Part shown: piece by piece, positions 38,390 through 50,433 of the stretch
Position numbering within the stretch: the stretch's first letter is position 1
How the letters are laid out: the number at the start of each line of letters is the position of its first letter
DNA from: a virus
Strand: one strand, 5' to 3'
Length of the DNA stretch: 64,000 bases
IMG/VR virus record: IMGVR_UViG_3300049436_000052
Location: 270,327 to 334,326 of that record
Translations under genes and position numbers: made by a program
Notes under the pieces: generated by a model
What the model was told of the DNA's origin: nothing
The model's database searches: none
Seen by the model: only the letters and a program-made list of their open reading frames with translations

Positions 38390-38887
38390 TTAGTTCTTCC
38401 TTACCAACAATATTTTAGGATTATCACCATAATTTCTACTGACTATCCGATAATTAGTAGGTGCATTCTTTTTGATATACTGTAGATACATTTCAAACCT
38501 TCTATTGTCTTCTTCATCGTTTTTTGTTGGTACAATTTCAATTTCTTTTGGATCTTCTTCGTTTATAAAATCTTTTACTATGTTAACCACAGTACTCATC
38601 ACTTTAAAAAGTTTGCCTTTGTTAATAATATCAGAAAATTTACCACCTTTTTCCTGATTGGCAAGAAATGAAACATTCCACATTCTTTCTGCTGGATCGT
38701 GATATATAGTTACTTGATAATTATCACCATCTTCAGTAGTAAAGCGATAGTAATAATCGAAATAATAATATTTTGAATCGAATTTTTGTCTTGTTTTTGT
38801 CCATGAATATGGTTGAAGTTTGATTTCGCCAATTTCATTAACAAAAGCAAATATTTCTTCTTTAATTATTTGAAGTAGAGTATTCAT
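38390..38887 (-). CDS. Hypothetical protein with IIKEEI N-terminal motif
   Basis: 165 aa ORF; AGTATTTATA at 38901-38910. Confidence 0.55.
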   Translation of the reverse strand: MNTLLQIIKEEIFAFVNEIGEIKLQPYSWTKTRQKFDSKYYYFDYYYRFTTEDGDNYQVTIYHDPAERMWNVSFLANQEKGGKFSDIINKGKLFKVMSTVVNIVKDFINEEDPKEIEIVPTKNDEEDNRRFEMYLQYIKKNAPTNYRIVSRNYGDNPKILLVRKN

Positions 38888-41554
38888 ATTAAAATTTTTA
38901 TATAAATACTACTTATCGTTCAAATTCTAACATCATAAAAAACTCTAAATCTTCAAATAGATTTGAAGCTAAATAAAAATAAATATTTTTTCTTATTGTT
39001 ATAGTAATCTCAATACAATTATTGGGATTAATTTCTTTAATAAAATTTTTATATTTAGAAGAATCTATTAAAAACATATTCATTTATATTAAATTCTCTA
39101 GGTAATTCGTTATAAAGTTCTATACAAAAACCATATTTAATAATGTTTTCAAATCTATCCCTAAAAACATAAGAAAGATGTTCTTCAATATTATTTTCAA
39201 ATGGTATCTTAAACCCAAATAGTTTAACGCCAAGTTCATTTAAAAAACTTGGATTTAAATAACTATTCATTATTACATTATTCATAACTAATTCATCCAA
39301 AATCCTGTAACCCAATTACCACAAATAGAACCACAATTAGAACAATAACTATTTTTTTCCATGACACAACCTTCAATTCTATCAACAATCTTTTCAGTAA
39401 ATTCTTCATTACCACAATAACGACATTTTCTAGGAGAACCATCGTTATTTGTAAATCCCAATTTACGTTCCCATTTAATAAATTCTCTTACATCTAAAAT
39501 GTTATCAAGAATTGTGCGACAAATTTTTAAATATATTTTTGTAAACATTGTTTTAAATTTATTTAATCATCATTATATTAAACATTTTTACTATGTTCTT
39601 CACAAAACCAACATTGATTTCTTAAATCAGCAACATCTCCATCTTCTGAGACAAACCTACCATTATAACCTTCAGTTCCTTTGATATATTTATTACAGTT
39701 TCCATATTCACAATATAACCTTATTTCAAGAACATCACTTTCATTAGTTCTCTCAGGTTTTATGTAATTATCACCATTGTCAATATAAACCGATTGTATT
39801 TTATTCAATTCTTTTTTCATATCATAAAGTGTTGTTAATTATTGTTCGACTTAATATTTCTTTTAAATTTGTAAATATTAAACATCTAATAATCTCTCTA
39901 TGTAAATCATAATAAAATGCTTTTAAAAGTTCATTTTTGAGAGTATCTTGAAGTTTATCCAGCATACAATTTAAATAATGTTTTTCAAGATCATTTCTAA
40001 ATGTTAATGTAGATAACTCAAATGAAAGTTTATCTGAAAAATTTTGTGCCATATTATAACAATAATTATGTTTTATTCTATTATACGAAAATTTTATGAA
40101 ATTGTTTTAAATTTATTTAATTTTTTTCAGATCTGTAAATCCATGATTGAGCAGTAATAGATATTTGTAATGTTGTAATTAGAAGCAATAATAAGGTTTT
40201 CATAATATTTCGTTTAGTAATTCGTTAAAAAAATGATAAACTAATTACATATAGTGATAATAATATCTACAACACTACTAATTACAGTTATTATAAAAAA
40301 CCAAAATGTGAATCTATTATATCTTTTATCTCTCTTCTCTTTACATTCTTCTAAATATTCTTTATAAAAACCTCCATTTTGCATTTTCATTTCACCTAAT
40401 TTTGTAATATAATTACAATAATATATTTTCTTAAAAAAGATCGAATTATTCATCATATAAGGAATTGATTCATCTTGATTTATATCAATAAAGCTATTTT
40501 CAAATAAATATTCAATACAATATTGAATTATATATTTATTATTTTTAAATTTACTAAAAATAGGTGATAGTGATATTTCTCTTTCAAAGCCAAAATTATC
40601 AACGTCTAATTCAAAAAGATAAAGTTTCTTATTATTATCAATTTGATATGATAATTCATTTAAAACTTTATCATAACATTTGTATTTTGAAATCTTTAAA
40701 TTTCTTTTAGTTTTAAAACTAAATAATTTAATATAAAGTTTAGTGATATTTTTTTTTAAATTTGACATATTTTTAGATTTTTTCTATTTTTTTTCACAAC
40801 ATATTATTTTACACTACTATTATTAAAATATTATTCCAACAAACCATTCACTAAATCATCAAATGATCTTATATCATTTTCAATACTAAAGAAATTATTC
40901 ACATAAATCGCATTATTTTTTATCTTATAATTTTGATAAAAATTATCAAAGCCATCAACATTGCCCAATGTTTCATAAAAATAAAATTCGCTATCAACAG
41001 CAAGCTCAAGATTTTCAAAGATTTTTTCGTTAATCCAATATTTTTTACCAATAATTTTATTGTCAATTGATCTGTTAATTCTTTCTTCAAGTCTTGTGTT
41101 ATTGAAATATTGTTTTACTAAAGGAGAATCTATATTTGATTTTGATGAAAAAATATTTTTTAAATAATTATCATAAAAAGTATTATTGTCAATATAAATT
41201 TCATGATCAGAAACATCACCAAGTTCTTCTAAACCAATTTTTATGTCTCTAAAAAATTTTAAAAATATATTAAAATCACTTATCTCTCCTAATTCATAAA
41301 TATTATTTCGTAACATTATTATTGTTAATAATATTACGAAATTTAGTGGGAAATAAGTTAAACGTTTCATTAAATTTATAGATTTGAATATCTTCAAACT
41401 GAAAATCATCGATATTATCTAATTTAATGATTCTATGTTCAGAAACAAAAATATTTGTATTTAATTTTTCTTCTAAAGTTCTTTTCATATAACAAATTAA
41501 ATTAAAAAAATTCCCCTAACCCTATTTCATTAGAGGAATTTTTTATAAAGTTAT

Positions 41555-43807
41555 TTATATCTTCACTTCAACTTCTTTTATTTCAAAAGTAAAGTTCAAA
41601 TCTTGTTCATCTAGTTTCAAATTCAATTGATTCTCATCAAAAGATTTAAATTCTTTAAACCATTTTTTGCTCAAAATAATTGAAAATACTGCCTGTGCCT
41701 TTAACTGAAGCAATTCTCTTTTTTTCTTATTCAATTCATCAAATTTTTGAGTAAGATATGTATTAAGAACTTCTTTTTGTTGTTCTTCGGATAAAGATTT
41801 ATAAATTTCTGTTTCAGTTTGTGCTTTATAATTCTTAATAGCATCAGCCATAATCCATTCATTTAACTTCAATGACTTATTCTCCAACAATTTCTTTTCA
41901 ACGTCTAAAACCTTTGGAAAACTAGATAGATTTTTAAGCTTCAAGATTAAATTAACCGACATGTAGAAGTCTTTTGAATCTTCAACATCTGTTTTTGGTG
42001 CAAAACCATTGAAATCTGTTATACCAATCTCTTTCAACCAATCAGCACAATCTTGACCATATGATTCAACAAAGGATTTTGATGTTTTGGGAAATAAAAT
42101 ATCTTTATAATATCTATATGTTTTACTTAAACCCTGTATTTTAAGCAATTCCCATTCATGTGTTGCAAGAGATTTTGCTGAAAGTGAAACTACCATTGAT
42201 TTGTTAATAATTGGTAAACTATTAAGATCAATAATAATATATTTAGGTTCAGCAGTTTCTTGATCATAATCAAACGTAAATTTAACGGATTTACTTAATA
42301 AAAAAGTATGAATCTCTGGTGTGTAGTTTATAGGTAATTTATCAATATTTAAGATCCCATCACGAATCAGAGTATATGTCCTCCAAATGTAGGTATCTAT
42401 CTCAGATAAATTATGTTTATTAGAAGGTAATGCTACTTTTCCATTAACTCTAAGTCTAACGCTCAAATTAGCACGTTCTTCGTTGAATACCAAGTCATTA
42501 AGAGAATAACCTTTTTCTAGTTCTGTATTAACAAATTTTAAATCAACATTTTTTTCTTCAAGTTCTTTTAGAATGATTGATGCTTCTTCCACATTTTTTG
42601 CCTCTGCTAAACGTTTTTTATCGTCTTCAGATAGATTACTTCCTTTTGCAACTTTCTTACGACCAATTCTATTATAATTAAATTCAGAATGATTTGGATA
42701 GAATAATATTCCTTGTTCTCCCAAATCTTCCATTAAATTCATTAAACAATATGCATTTTCATCAACTGGTTTAATTCCTGCTTTTCCTTCTGGAAATCTC
42801 TTAGTTGGATCTTCGACACATTCTTTTATTGAATTCTTAAATGCATTAAGTTTTTGTTTACCATATGCATTAACCAACATTTTATAATGATAATTATCTT
42901 TTAAAGCAACCAAAACAAGTTCAGCCATTTCATTAAGTAATTTATCAGAAAGTAAATAAGTGGCAGCGTATAAAACGGTTTCTGGCAAATGTTCATCACC
43001 AACACCAATAGGAGAAAAATAATGAATTTCTTTTACATCTGGATTAATCAATATTTTATTATTGGTTATATTGTATAATAATATTGAACCATCATTAGAA
43101 ACTGAGAAAGCGAAATCGTATAAATAATCATTTTTAATATCTACTTCTACTTTCTTACCACCAGAAATTGTGGAAGTTAGGTATTTTTCAAAAACAGGCT
43201 CATATTCGTCGAAATCTGATGAACTTACCTTCGACCCACCAAGTATTGCACTCATTTCTGTAAGTTTTTGTGAATCTGCATTATAACCATATTCAACTAT
43301 AATTGAGGCATTTAAATCCTTTTCAATTTCTTTGAGAGCTTCTATTACTGACCCATATGAGCAATCATTATTATAACCATCAGATAGGAAGAGCATTGAA
43401 ATCAGAGAGTTAGCTCTATTCTTTTTAATTCTATTAATTGCTTCTTTAGCTAAAACTAAAGGTTTGTAAAATGCAGTCATACCAATAGGCTGAAGCCAAC
43501 GGTCTATTGCTGAATTAATCATATCAAAACTTTTAAAAGATTTTATTTCAACTTCTTCAAGAAGAATTCCAGAATCGTTTCGACCTGAAAACCAGATAAT
43601 TGTGATCGTATCTCCTTCTTTCATCAATGTTGGAATTTTGTTTTTTAGTTGTTGACGTATTAAAGCCAATTCATAATGCATAGATCCACTGACATCAATA
43701 CATATAAGATAATTAACTGATTTATTTACCTCAACAGTTTGTTGATTATTTTCTATCATCTGTGTTAAAAGATGATAATTTTCATTAAATTTTACGTGTT
43801 TTATCAT
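41555..43807 (-). CDS. von Willebrand factor A (VWA) domain protein
   Basis: MIDAS DVSGSM, T.F, FLSDG. Confidence 0.8.
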   Translation of the reverse strand: MIKHVKFNENYHLLTQMIENNQQTVEVNKSVNYLICIDVSGSMHYELALIRQQLKNKIPTLMKEGDTITIIWFSGRNDSGILLEEVEIKSFKSFDMINSAIDRWLQPIGMTAFYKPLVLAKEAINRIKKNRANSLISMLFLSDGYNNDCSYGSVIEALKEIEKDLNASIIVEYGYNADSQKLTEMSAILGGSKVSSSDFDEYEPVFEKYLTSTISGGKKVEVDIKNDYLYDFAFSVSNDGSILLYNITNNKILINPDVKEIHYFSPIGVGDEHLPETVLYAATYLLSDKLLNEMAELVLVALKDNYHYKMLVNAYGKQKLNAFKNSIKECVEDPTKRFPEGKAGIKPVDENAYCLMNLMEDLGEQGILFYPNHSEFNYNRIGRKKVAKGSNLSEDDKKRLAEAKNVEEASIILKELEEKNVDLKFVNTELEKGYSLNDLVFNEERANLSVRLRVNGKVALPSNKHNLSEIDTYIWRTYTLIRDGILNIDKLPINYTPEIHTFLLSKSVKFTFDYDQETAEPKYIIIDLNSLPIINKSMVVSLSAKSLATHEWELLKIQGLSKTYRYYKDILFPKTSKSFVESYGQDCADWLKEIGITDFNGFAPKTDVEDSKDFYMSVNLILKLKNLSSFPKVLDVEKKLLENKSLKLNEWIMADAIKNYKAQTETEIYKSLSEEQQKEVLNTYLTQKFDELNKKKRELLQLKAQAVFSIILSKKWFKEFKSFDENQLNLKLDEQDLNFTFEIKEVEVKI

Positions 43808-44083
43808 AATAATATTAAATTAAGATTTTTTAGTGAGCAAATTTATAACAAAGTTTTTAATTAAAAAAATTTAAATAGGTTAAATTCGTTTTTAACTATC
43901 ATAATAGAAATTAATCACTAAAATAGTTTAAAATGAAAAAGTTATTTGTTCTAATTATTTTAACAACAAACTTATCTTCATGTGTTGTTGATTATCGAAA
44001 TGGAAAGTTATATCTTTTGAAATAAAAAAAAAAATCTCTAACAAATTAATGCTAGAGATTTTAATATTGTCATTTTTTTTATT

Positions 44084-47000
44084 TTAGAAATGTATCTCAC
44101 ACGAATTTCCGTTACATGCGATAGCACCAGTTGAATCAATATCAGTATATTTAGGTTTAACGTTTAACTGTTTCCAATCAATATCTTTTATATCTCTATT
44201 AATCTCAATAAATTTATGGTAGTTGTTTACATCTTTCAAACAGTATGTCATTTCTTTTATTGAATTAAAATATCTATCAGAAAATTGTTTTGCTCTTCTA
44301 AGCCAATCTTTTTTCAACGGATAATTATGTAATGTAGAAATCAATTTACTATCTAAATATCTTTTATATTCCTCTAACTCTGGTTTAATGTTTAATTCAC
44401 TTAATTGTTTTAATGTTCCATTTTTAAATCCCAAATTTTTCCATAAAATTTCAGGTGTAGTATTTTTTATTTTTTCGTTAACTTCAATATCTGAATATTC
44501 CAATTTTTCGCCTAATCCTAAAACAGTATCACAAGCCATCCACAAGTTATTATTAAAAGCATTCAATCCATCAACGATCAAACCTGATGCAAATAAAACT
44601 GCATCCCCATATTTTCTCACAAGTTCTTCAGGTGAAGGTATTGCAGTAAAAGGTGCTTGGTTATAATCTTTATCTCCAGTCATTGGTAATAAACTAATTC
44701 CAGCAAATGTTTGTTTATTATCATAAATATAATTTTCCACAGCATCCCAATCATCTACAATAATAGTATTACTTACATTATGACGTATACTAGGATCAGT
44801 ACATAATTCAACATTTGTCCCATATTCAACCCAATTTTCTTGTGTTGTTTTAACATATTTTAGCAATTTAATCCCCATTAATTCATCTTTTAATATACTA
44901 TTTTTGGGGGTTGTTATTGGAAATGATATAACCCAATCGTTATTATTTGCAGACCAAACCGATTTTTCGACCATTTTAGGGTTAACTTCCACAAAATATT
45001 TGGCAATATCGTCTTCAACATTCACCTGAACATTTCTTATATATTGTTCAGAATGTTCACCATGTATCCCTGACGCACTTTTTAATAAAACGGAAGAATT
45101 TCCCGATGGTTTCACACATGTTGTACGAGCAGCTTGATTAATTCCAATCATTTGGGCAACTTCTTTATTTATTTCTTTAACAATTATTGCACCTTTTCTT
45201 TGAATTTCAGGATTTAGTAATATTTGTGGATTATTCATAAAACCAGTTATAGAAACCCCTAACAATGCTTCTCTGTCAAATATTTGTTTAGTAATTTCGT
45301 CAACATACTTAAAGTCAGTGTATGCTGCTTGCATTGTTCCCATAATTGCCCCAGCCTTACACGCCCCATAAAATTCTTCTTCTGTATTACATTTACTCCC
45401 ATTAATTTCACACAAGTTACATCCAATAGATCCTGATCTTCCATCTTCTGTTTTGGGTGAAAATCCAATCTCGAAACAATTTGAAACATTACAACCTTGA
45501 GTCCAATAAGTATGTGATTTATTATCAACAGTAATATCATATACTTCCTCTTCAGAAATAAAAGATTTGTTTATAATTTGTTTTGAAATATTTTCAGAAT
45601 TTAATTTACACCATTTTTTTAGATGAATTTCTAATTTTTCATTTTTATAGTTTTGTAAAAATCCGATATATTCATAAAACAAATCAACATCTTTAGATAT
45701 ATTTAAATCATAACTTTCTTTACAAATATATTCACCATTTGAAAATTTTGTTTTAGTTGATTTATTTGTTGTATAATAAGATGCAATTCCTATTGAATTT
45801 AACATTAATTGAACATCTTCTATTAAATTAAATGATGTTGATTTTAATGTTACACGTCTTCCAACAAAACTACCATTAGCACTATATAACCCTCTTAAAA
45901 ATGAACATATTATAGATATATCACCCTTTAAGAATCTTTCAGGTATTTTTCTTTCAAATGTTTTATTTAGTTCATCATACTTAATTGAAGTAATTATTTC
46001 ATATTGATATTCACCAACACCGTCTCTTTTTTTCAAGATAAGATTTTTTATTTCACTATCAAAATAATCAAAATCGTTTTTACCTATACATAATAATACT
46101 AAATTATTTGATGCTTTATGAACAGTTCCATCACCAATTACTAGTCCATCCATAATAATATTATTATCAAATATTGGTTTATTTACCATAATACCTCTTA
46201 ATAATTCTATATTTTCGGCTAAATCTATTTCAATTTTTTCATTATTATTTACTATTCTATGATTTTCTGTACCATAAAATGAATTAAATGTTGTTCCATA
46301 TCTATAAACCTTTTTTATTCCCGTTGACCATTTATTTGTTATTTTCGTCCAACCTTCTGAACTCCATATTTCATCACCAATATTAATATCTTTTAATTCT
46401 TTAATACCTTTTGGTGTTAATAATTTGGCCCATGCAGGTTGACAAGGGTTAAAAATATTATCCTCATTTTCCGTAAATCCAAAACCAGGTTCTCCATATT
46501 CTTTAGTTGATTGGAAAAATTTATGAAACTCTTCTTTTGTTAAATTATTTTTATTTAATAAGACACTATTATTAGATCTTGCTCGTTGTGGATTTTCAAT
46601 AAACCAATTTCCTGTTTTAGCTTTCATCATTTTCTCGTCATTGGGACTAAATAGACATACAGAAGCCGAACGCCTTAATCCTCCAGAGATAACAGCATCA
46701 CTCATATGCATGACAATATCATAAGCTAATATTGGTTCAACAACCCCATTAAAATTAGCTTTATCTAGTTCTTTTTCTAAAAGATCTTCTATTTTTTGAA
46801 TTGCATTTCGTAGTCCATCAGAACCTGGAGCTTTAAAGCCACCACTAATCATACTTCCTTTAGGCCTTATTTCACTATAATCAAAATGAATACAACAATT
46901 TTGAAATTTTGGAAAAGTAACATCACCATCAAAATAAGAAGATAGAAGTATTCCAATCGCATCTGCCCAGCCTTCAATACTATCCTCTATAATATGGGTT

Positions 47001-47446
47001 TTTGAACGATTTGATCTTTGTTTAATTTTGGGAAGTTTTTCAATATGTTTGTTTTGAACTGAAAATCCAACACCACAACCACATAAAAGCCAATACATAC
47101 AATCTTGAAAAAATCTTACTCTATCACAATACATTCCAATACAATTATAAATTTTAGCATTGTGTTTAAGTATTGGAGCACCACCGAATTGTAAACCTCT
47201 TTGTGAACCTAATACATATTTTTCTTTGTATTTTTTTCTTGCAAATTCATAATATTCTTTAAATTGTGGATTATTTTCCAATATTTCTTTAAATTTAATT
47301 TGGTGCATTTGATCAAAAACTCTATCAACACTTTCTTCCCAAGTTTCGTATCGTCCCAATTCTTCATTGTATTTACTATAACTTGAATAAAATTTAAAAT
47401 TTGATAACAGATCATGACCTAAGTCATTGAATTTCATTTTCTTCAT
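44084..47446 (-). CDS. nrdJ: Ribonucleotide reductase catalytic subunit (NrdJ/class II-like) with intein
   Basis: GCGVGFS, GGLRRSA, GEPG, NP|CFEI, CNLCE, TTCVKPSG, C-terminal CNGNSC; class assignment tentative. Confidence 0.8.
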   Translation of the reverse strand: MKKMKFNDLGHDLLSNFKFYSSYSKYNEELGRYETWEESVDRVFDQMHQIKFKEILENNPQFKEYYEFARKKYKEKYVLGSQRGLQFGGAPILKHNAKIYNCIGMYCDRVRFFQDCMYWLLCGCGVGFSVQNKHIEKLPKIKQRSNRSKTHIIEDSIEGWADAIGILLSSYFDGDVTFPKFQNCCIHFDYSEIRPKGSMISGGFKAPGSDGLRNAIQKIEDLLEKELDKANFNGVVEPILAYDIVMHMSDAVISGGLRRSASVCLFSPNDEKMMKAKTGNWFIENPQRARSNNSVLLNKNNLTKEEFHKFFQSTKEYGEPGFGFTENEDNIFNPCQPAWAKLLTPKGIKELKDINIGDEIWSSEGWTKITNKWSTGIKKVYRYGTTFNSFYGTENHRIVNNNEKIEIDLAENIELLRGIMVNKPIFDNNIIMDGLVIGDGTVHKASNNLVLLCIGKNDFDYFDSEIKNLILKKRDGVGEYQYEIITSIKYDELNKTFERKIPERFLKGDISIICSFLRGLYSANGSFVGRRVTLKSTSFNLIEDVQLMLNSIGIASYYTTNKSTKTKFSNGEYICKESYDLNISKDVDLFYEYIGFLQNYKNEKLEIHLKKWCKLNSENISKQIINKSFISEEEVYDITVDNKSHTYWTQGCNVSNCFEIGFSPKTEDGRSGSIGCNLCEINGSKCNTEEEFYGACKAGAIMGTMQAAYTDFKYVDEITKQIFDREALLGVSITGFMNNPQILLNPEIQRKGAIIVKEINKEVAQMIGINQAARTTCVKPSGNSSVLLKSASGIHGEHSEQYIRNVQVNVEDDIAKYFVEVNPKMVEKSVWSANNNDWVISFPITTPKNSILKDELMGIKLLKYVKTTQENWVEYGTNVELCTDPSIRHNVSNTIIVDDWDAVENYIYDNKQTFAGISLLPMTGDKDYNQAPFTAIPSPEELVRKYGDAVLFASGLIVDGLNAFNNNLWMACDTVLGLGEKLEYSDIEVNEKIKNTTPEILWKNLGFKNGTLKQLSELNIKPELEEYKRYLDSKLISTLHNYPLKKDWLRRAKQFSDRYFNSIKEMTYCLKDVNNYHKFIEINRDIKDIDWKQLNVKPKYTDIDSTGAIACNGNSCEIHF
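45479..46444 (-). mobile_element. Intein (322 aa) with LAGLIDADG endonuclease, inserted before the RNR catalytic Cys
   Basis: NP|CQPAWAKLLTP...GLVIGDG...FLRGLYSANG...VYDITV...VSN|CFEI. Confidence 0.88.
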
Positions 47447-47964
47447 AACAGATTTTTGTCTAGTTTAAAATTATTTTTGTAAAATTTTGTGATGGGATTT
47501 TTATTTTCATAAAGAGTAAAAAATAACTTTAATAAATAGTGCAAAAATAAACATCTTTGTGAGATTTTTAACATTTGTTAAGAAAATATTTTTCAACAAA
47601 TTTATTCTGTTGTTTGTTAGATTTTTATGAAAAAAAAATTAATAAAAAGATGGTTAAGAAATGATAATAATTAGATTTTATTCAATCATCGTTTCTATAA
47701 AACTTGTCAAATCTGGTAATTGTGCCACTCGGTTTTTCTTCTATTTTTTCATTGTTTTCAAATGAATCCAATGAAGTGGTAGTGTTTTTCTTAAATATTT
47801 CAAAAAGTAATTGTAGGGGGGTAATTATTTGATAGTTATATGATTCAGAATCATCATAGGTTATTATTGTTTTTTTGGCCATGAAAAAGAAATTTTTATA
47901 TCCTATTATTTTCTTGCAAAGATATGAAAAATATGGAAGAAAAACAAAATAATATAAAATTTAG

Positions 47965-48046
47965 TTGTGGTGGTAGGAATCAAACCTACATAGCTGAAAG
48001 CGAAGCATTTACAGTGCTCTGATTTAGTCAATTTACCATCACCACA
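47965..48046 (-). tRNA. tRNA-Tyr(GUA)
   Basis: TGTGGTG/CACCACA, GAGCA-CTGTAAA-TGCTT, long variable arm. Confidence 0.85.
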
Positions 48047-48054
48047 ATATATTG

Positions 48055-48125
48055 TGCCCCCACTTGGTTACGATCCAAGTTCTACAATTTAAAAGATTGT
48101 AGCTCTACCATTGAGCTATAGAGGC
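48055..48125 (-). tRNA. tRNA-Lys(UUU)
   Basis: GCCTCTA/TGGGGGC, ACAAT-CTTTTAA-ATTGT. Confidence 0.9.
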
Positions 48126-48137
48126 ATTTATAAAAAC

Positions 48138-48171
48138 AAAAAAACCCGAAACTTATTCAGAATCGGGTTTT
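48138..48171 (-). terminator. Attenuator terminator upstream of tRNA-Lys/Tyr
   Basis: AAAACCCGA...TCGGGTTTTTTT. Confidence 0.8.
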
Positions 48172-48198
48172 AACTTAATAACCTAAAATTTAAAATTT

Positions 48199-48282
48199 TT
48201 AGCACATAACTTTCCCAATTCTTACTAAGATTTGTTTCTTATAAGATTTTGAGTAATAATATGTGCTGCTTGTCAAAAACAT
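48199..48282 (-). CDS. Leader peptide MFLTSSTYYYSKSYKKQILVRIGKVMC (attenuator of the Lys/Tyr tRNA cluster)
   Basis: Hand translation; YYYSKSYKK run; AGAATTGGG pairs with terminator arm CCCGATTCT; TATCTTTG at 48313-48320. Confidence 0.87.
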   Translation of the reverse strand: MFLTSSTYYYSKSYKKQILVRIGKVMC

Positions 48283-48670
48283 TTTTTAATATGATAAAAT
48301 TTAAAGTAATTACAAAGATAACAATAAATAGTTATTTTTCCAAAAAAATTTCGTTAAAAGTTGTTAATAAACTATTTTATTTTTTAGCTTCTCTATCATT
48401 GTCTTCATCTTCAAGTTCTTCTAGCGTTTCGAGATTATCTTGATAATATCCAGCCAGAGCATTTAAACTAAAATCTTCAACAAATGAAATATTTTCGGTA
48501 TTTGTTATTTGTTTTTTTATTTCATTTATTTTTACTTTTAATACAGACATTAAACTTTTTCTAGGTTCACCCATGATTTTTCGTTTTAAATAAAATTATA
48601 AAAAAAACTACTATTAACTATAAATACTACGGTAAATAGGGATTAGACGGATTTGTTGAAATAAATATTT

Positions 48671-49750
48671 TTAAAAGCCTATTTTCTTTTTTCCATTATC
48701 AAACGACATTTCACTTGTATTATAGATATCTGCTAATGTGAATGAATCAACAACTTCAACTTTTAGTTTTTCTGCTAATTTTCTTGCACGATCATTTGAT
48801 AATTTTTTAAACTCATATTGAGCAATTAATCTACCTTTTCTCAATAATGCCTTATCAATATTAAGTATTGATGTGTTAAATGTTGCGACAATTTGAATAT
48901 TTAAACAATCTGATAATAATCCATCTGTTAAATTTAGTAGATTTGAAATTGCTTGTGATGAATATCCGCTTCTTTTCATTAGAATATTTTCAGCATCTTC
49001 AATAACCAGAATTGAATTTGAAACATCAACAAGAAATTTAATTAAGTGTGGTGATGAAATGGAATCTGTCATATTTGGTGGAAGATAGATAACATTTTTA
49101 TTTAATTTATTAATTAAATGTCTAATATATGTTGTTTTCCCTGTCCCTGGTTCACCATATAGTAAAACCAAACCTTTTGAGTTATCTTTTGAAAGTTTGT
49201 TTACGATTAATTCATTCACTTCTTCAAAATCTTCATTATAATTTAACGAAAAGTCGATTGTTGGTGGTTGAATTTCTTTTTGAAGTAAACTAAATCCATT
49301 CAAACTTGATACTAACAGGTTTATATATTTATTATTATTTTGATCTATTTTATAATTGTTTATTTCATTGACTAAGTTTTCTAGGGATTTGGTTTTAATT
49401 GAAAAATAAAGTTTGATCGCAATTCTACCATCGCAATAATCCTCAACAGCTTTTACATAAACTACATTATTAGGTTCATTAAAACAAAAAAGAATTATAT
49501 GATAGTATTTGTCAACAATTTCCTTTTTATCATAGTAATATTCTGATGTTGTTACAATATTATCTTTATATTTTTCAATAAATGCATTAATTATTTCTCT
49601 ATCAAACATATATTCGAACCCAATACAATTTGGAATTTTCTTAAATTTATCCCAAATCAAATTTTTTATTGGATAGTTACTATCATCATCAACAGATCCA
49701 AAATAATTATGTGTTAATTCATTTCTTTTTTTACTGGTCGATTCTTCCAT
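48671..49750 (-). CDS. AAA+ ATPase
   Basis: GEPGTGKT, LVIEDAE, LLNLTDG, IDKALLRKGR. Confidence 0.88.
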   Translation of the reverse strand: MEESTSKKRNELTHNYFGSVDDDSNYPIKNLIWDKFKKIPNCIGFEYMFDREIINAFIEKYKDNIVTTSEYYYDKKEIVDKYYHIILFCFNEPNNVVYVKAVEDYCDGRIAIKLYFSIKTKSLENLVNEINNYKIDQNNNKYINLLVSSLNGFSLLQKEIQPPTIDFSLNYNEDFEEVNELIVNKLSKDNSKGLVLLYGEPGTGKTTYIRHLINKLNKNVIYLPPNMTDSISSPHLIKFLVDVSNSILVIEDAENILMKRSGYSSQAISNLLNLTDGLLSDCLNIQIVATFNTSILNIDKALLRKGRLIAQYEFKKLSNDRARKLAEKLKVEVVDSFTLADIYNTSEMSFDNGKKKIGF

Positions 49751-50433
49751 AGGATTTTTTTAGAAATTTAAATATATAAACGTTTTTAATCTTTAAATAA
49801 ATCAAAATTATTATTATTTTTTAGAAATACATTAACATTATCTTTTGATAGTAATTCAATAAAATATTCAATTTCCTCAACTGAAGAGAATATTAAGACA
49901 AATCCTTCATGTTTAATAGAATTATCGATTGTGGAGGCTAATTCACCCGTTTTAAACGATAAATAATATTTATCTTCATCTATTTTAAAATTAAAACTTA
50001 AATATATTAAATATTCAATGTTTAGATCTTTTTTATGTTCAAAATACCCACCACCTACAATTGATTTATATTTCATTTTTTTGTTGAAACTATGAATGTT
50101 ATTCTTTTTCGCAATATCAATCCATTCAACATATTTTTGTTTTGCACTATCAAGTATTTGTAGAAAATTTTCATGTTCTACAGTACTAACCATTATTCCA
50201 CCATATTTTCTATTAGAATCTGTTGATAGAAGATCAATAAATAAAACATATTCATTTATATCGTTATGAGCAATATATGTGTTGAAATATTTTTTTGAAA
50301 AGGCATTATAATAGGATTTATAAAGATCTTGTGCATCAATAAATAATGTGAACAATGTTAAAATAAAAAGAATTTTAAATTTAAGCATGATATGTAATAT
50401 TAAATAAAATTATTTTTGGGTTTTGTGTTTGTT

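Noticed and set aside
11635-45540. Short antisense or nested ORFs inside large genes (e.g. 11635, 12748, 14579, 18345, 44388, 45259)
   Set aside because: Shadow frames of well-supported genes with no recognisable motifs
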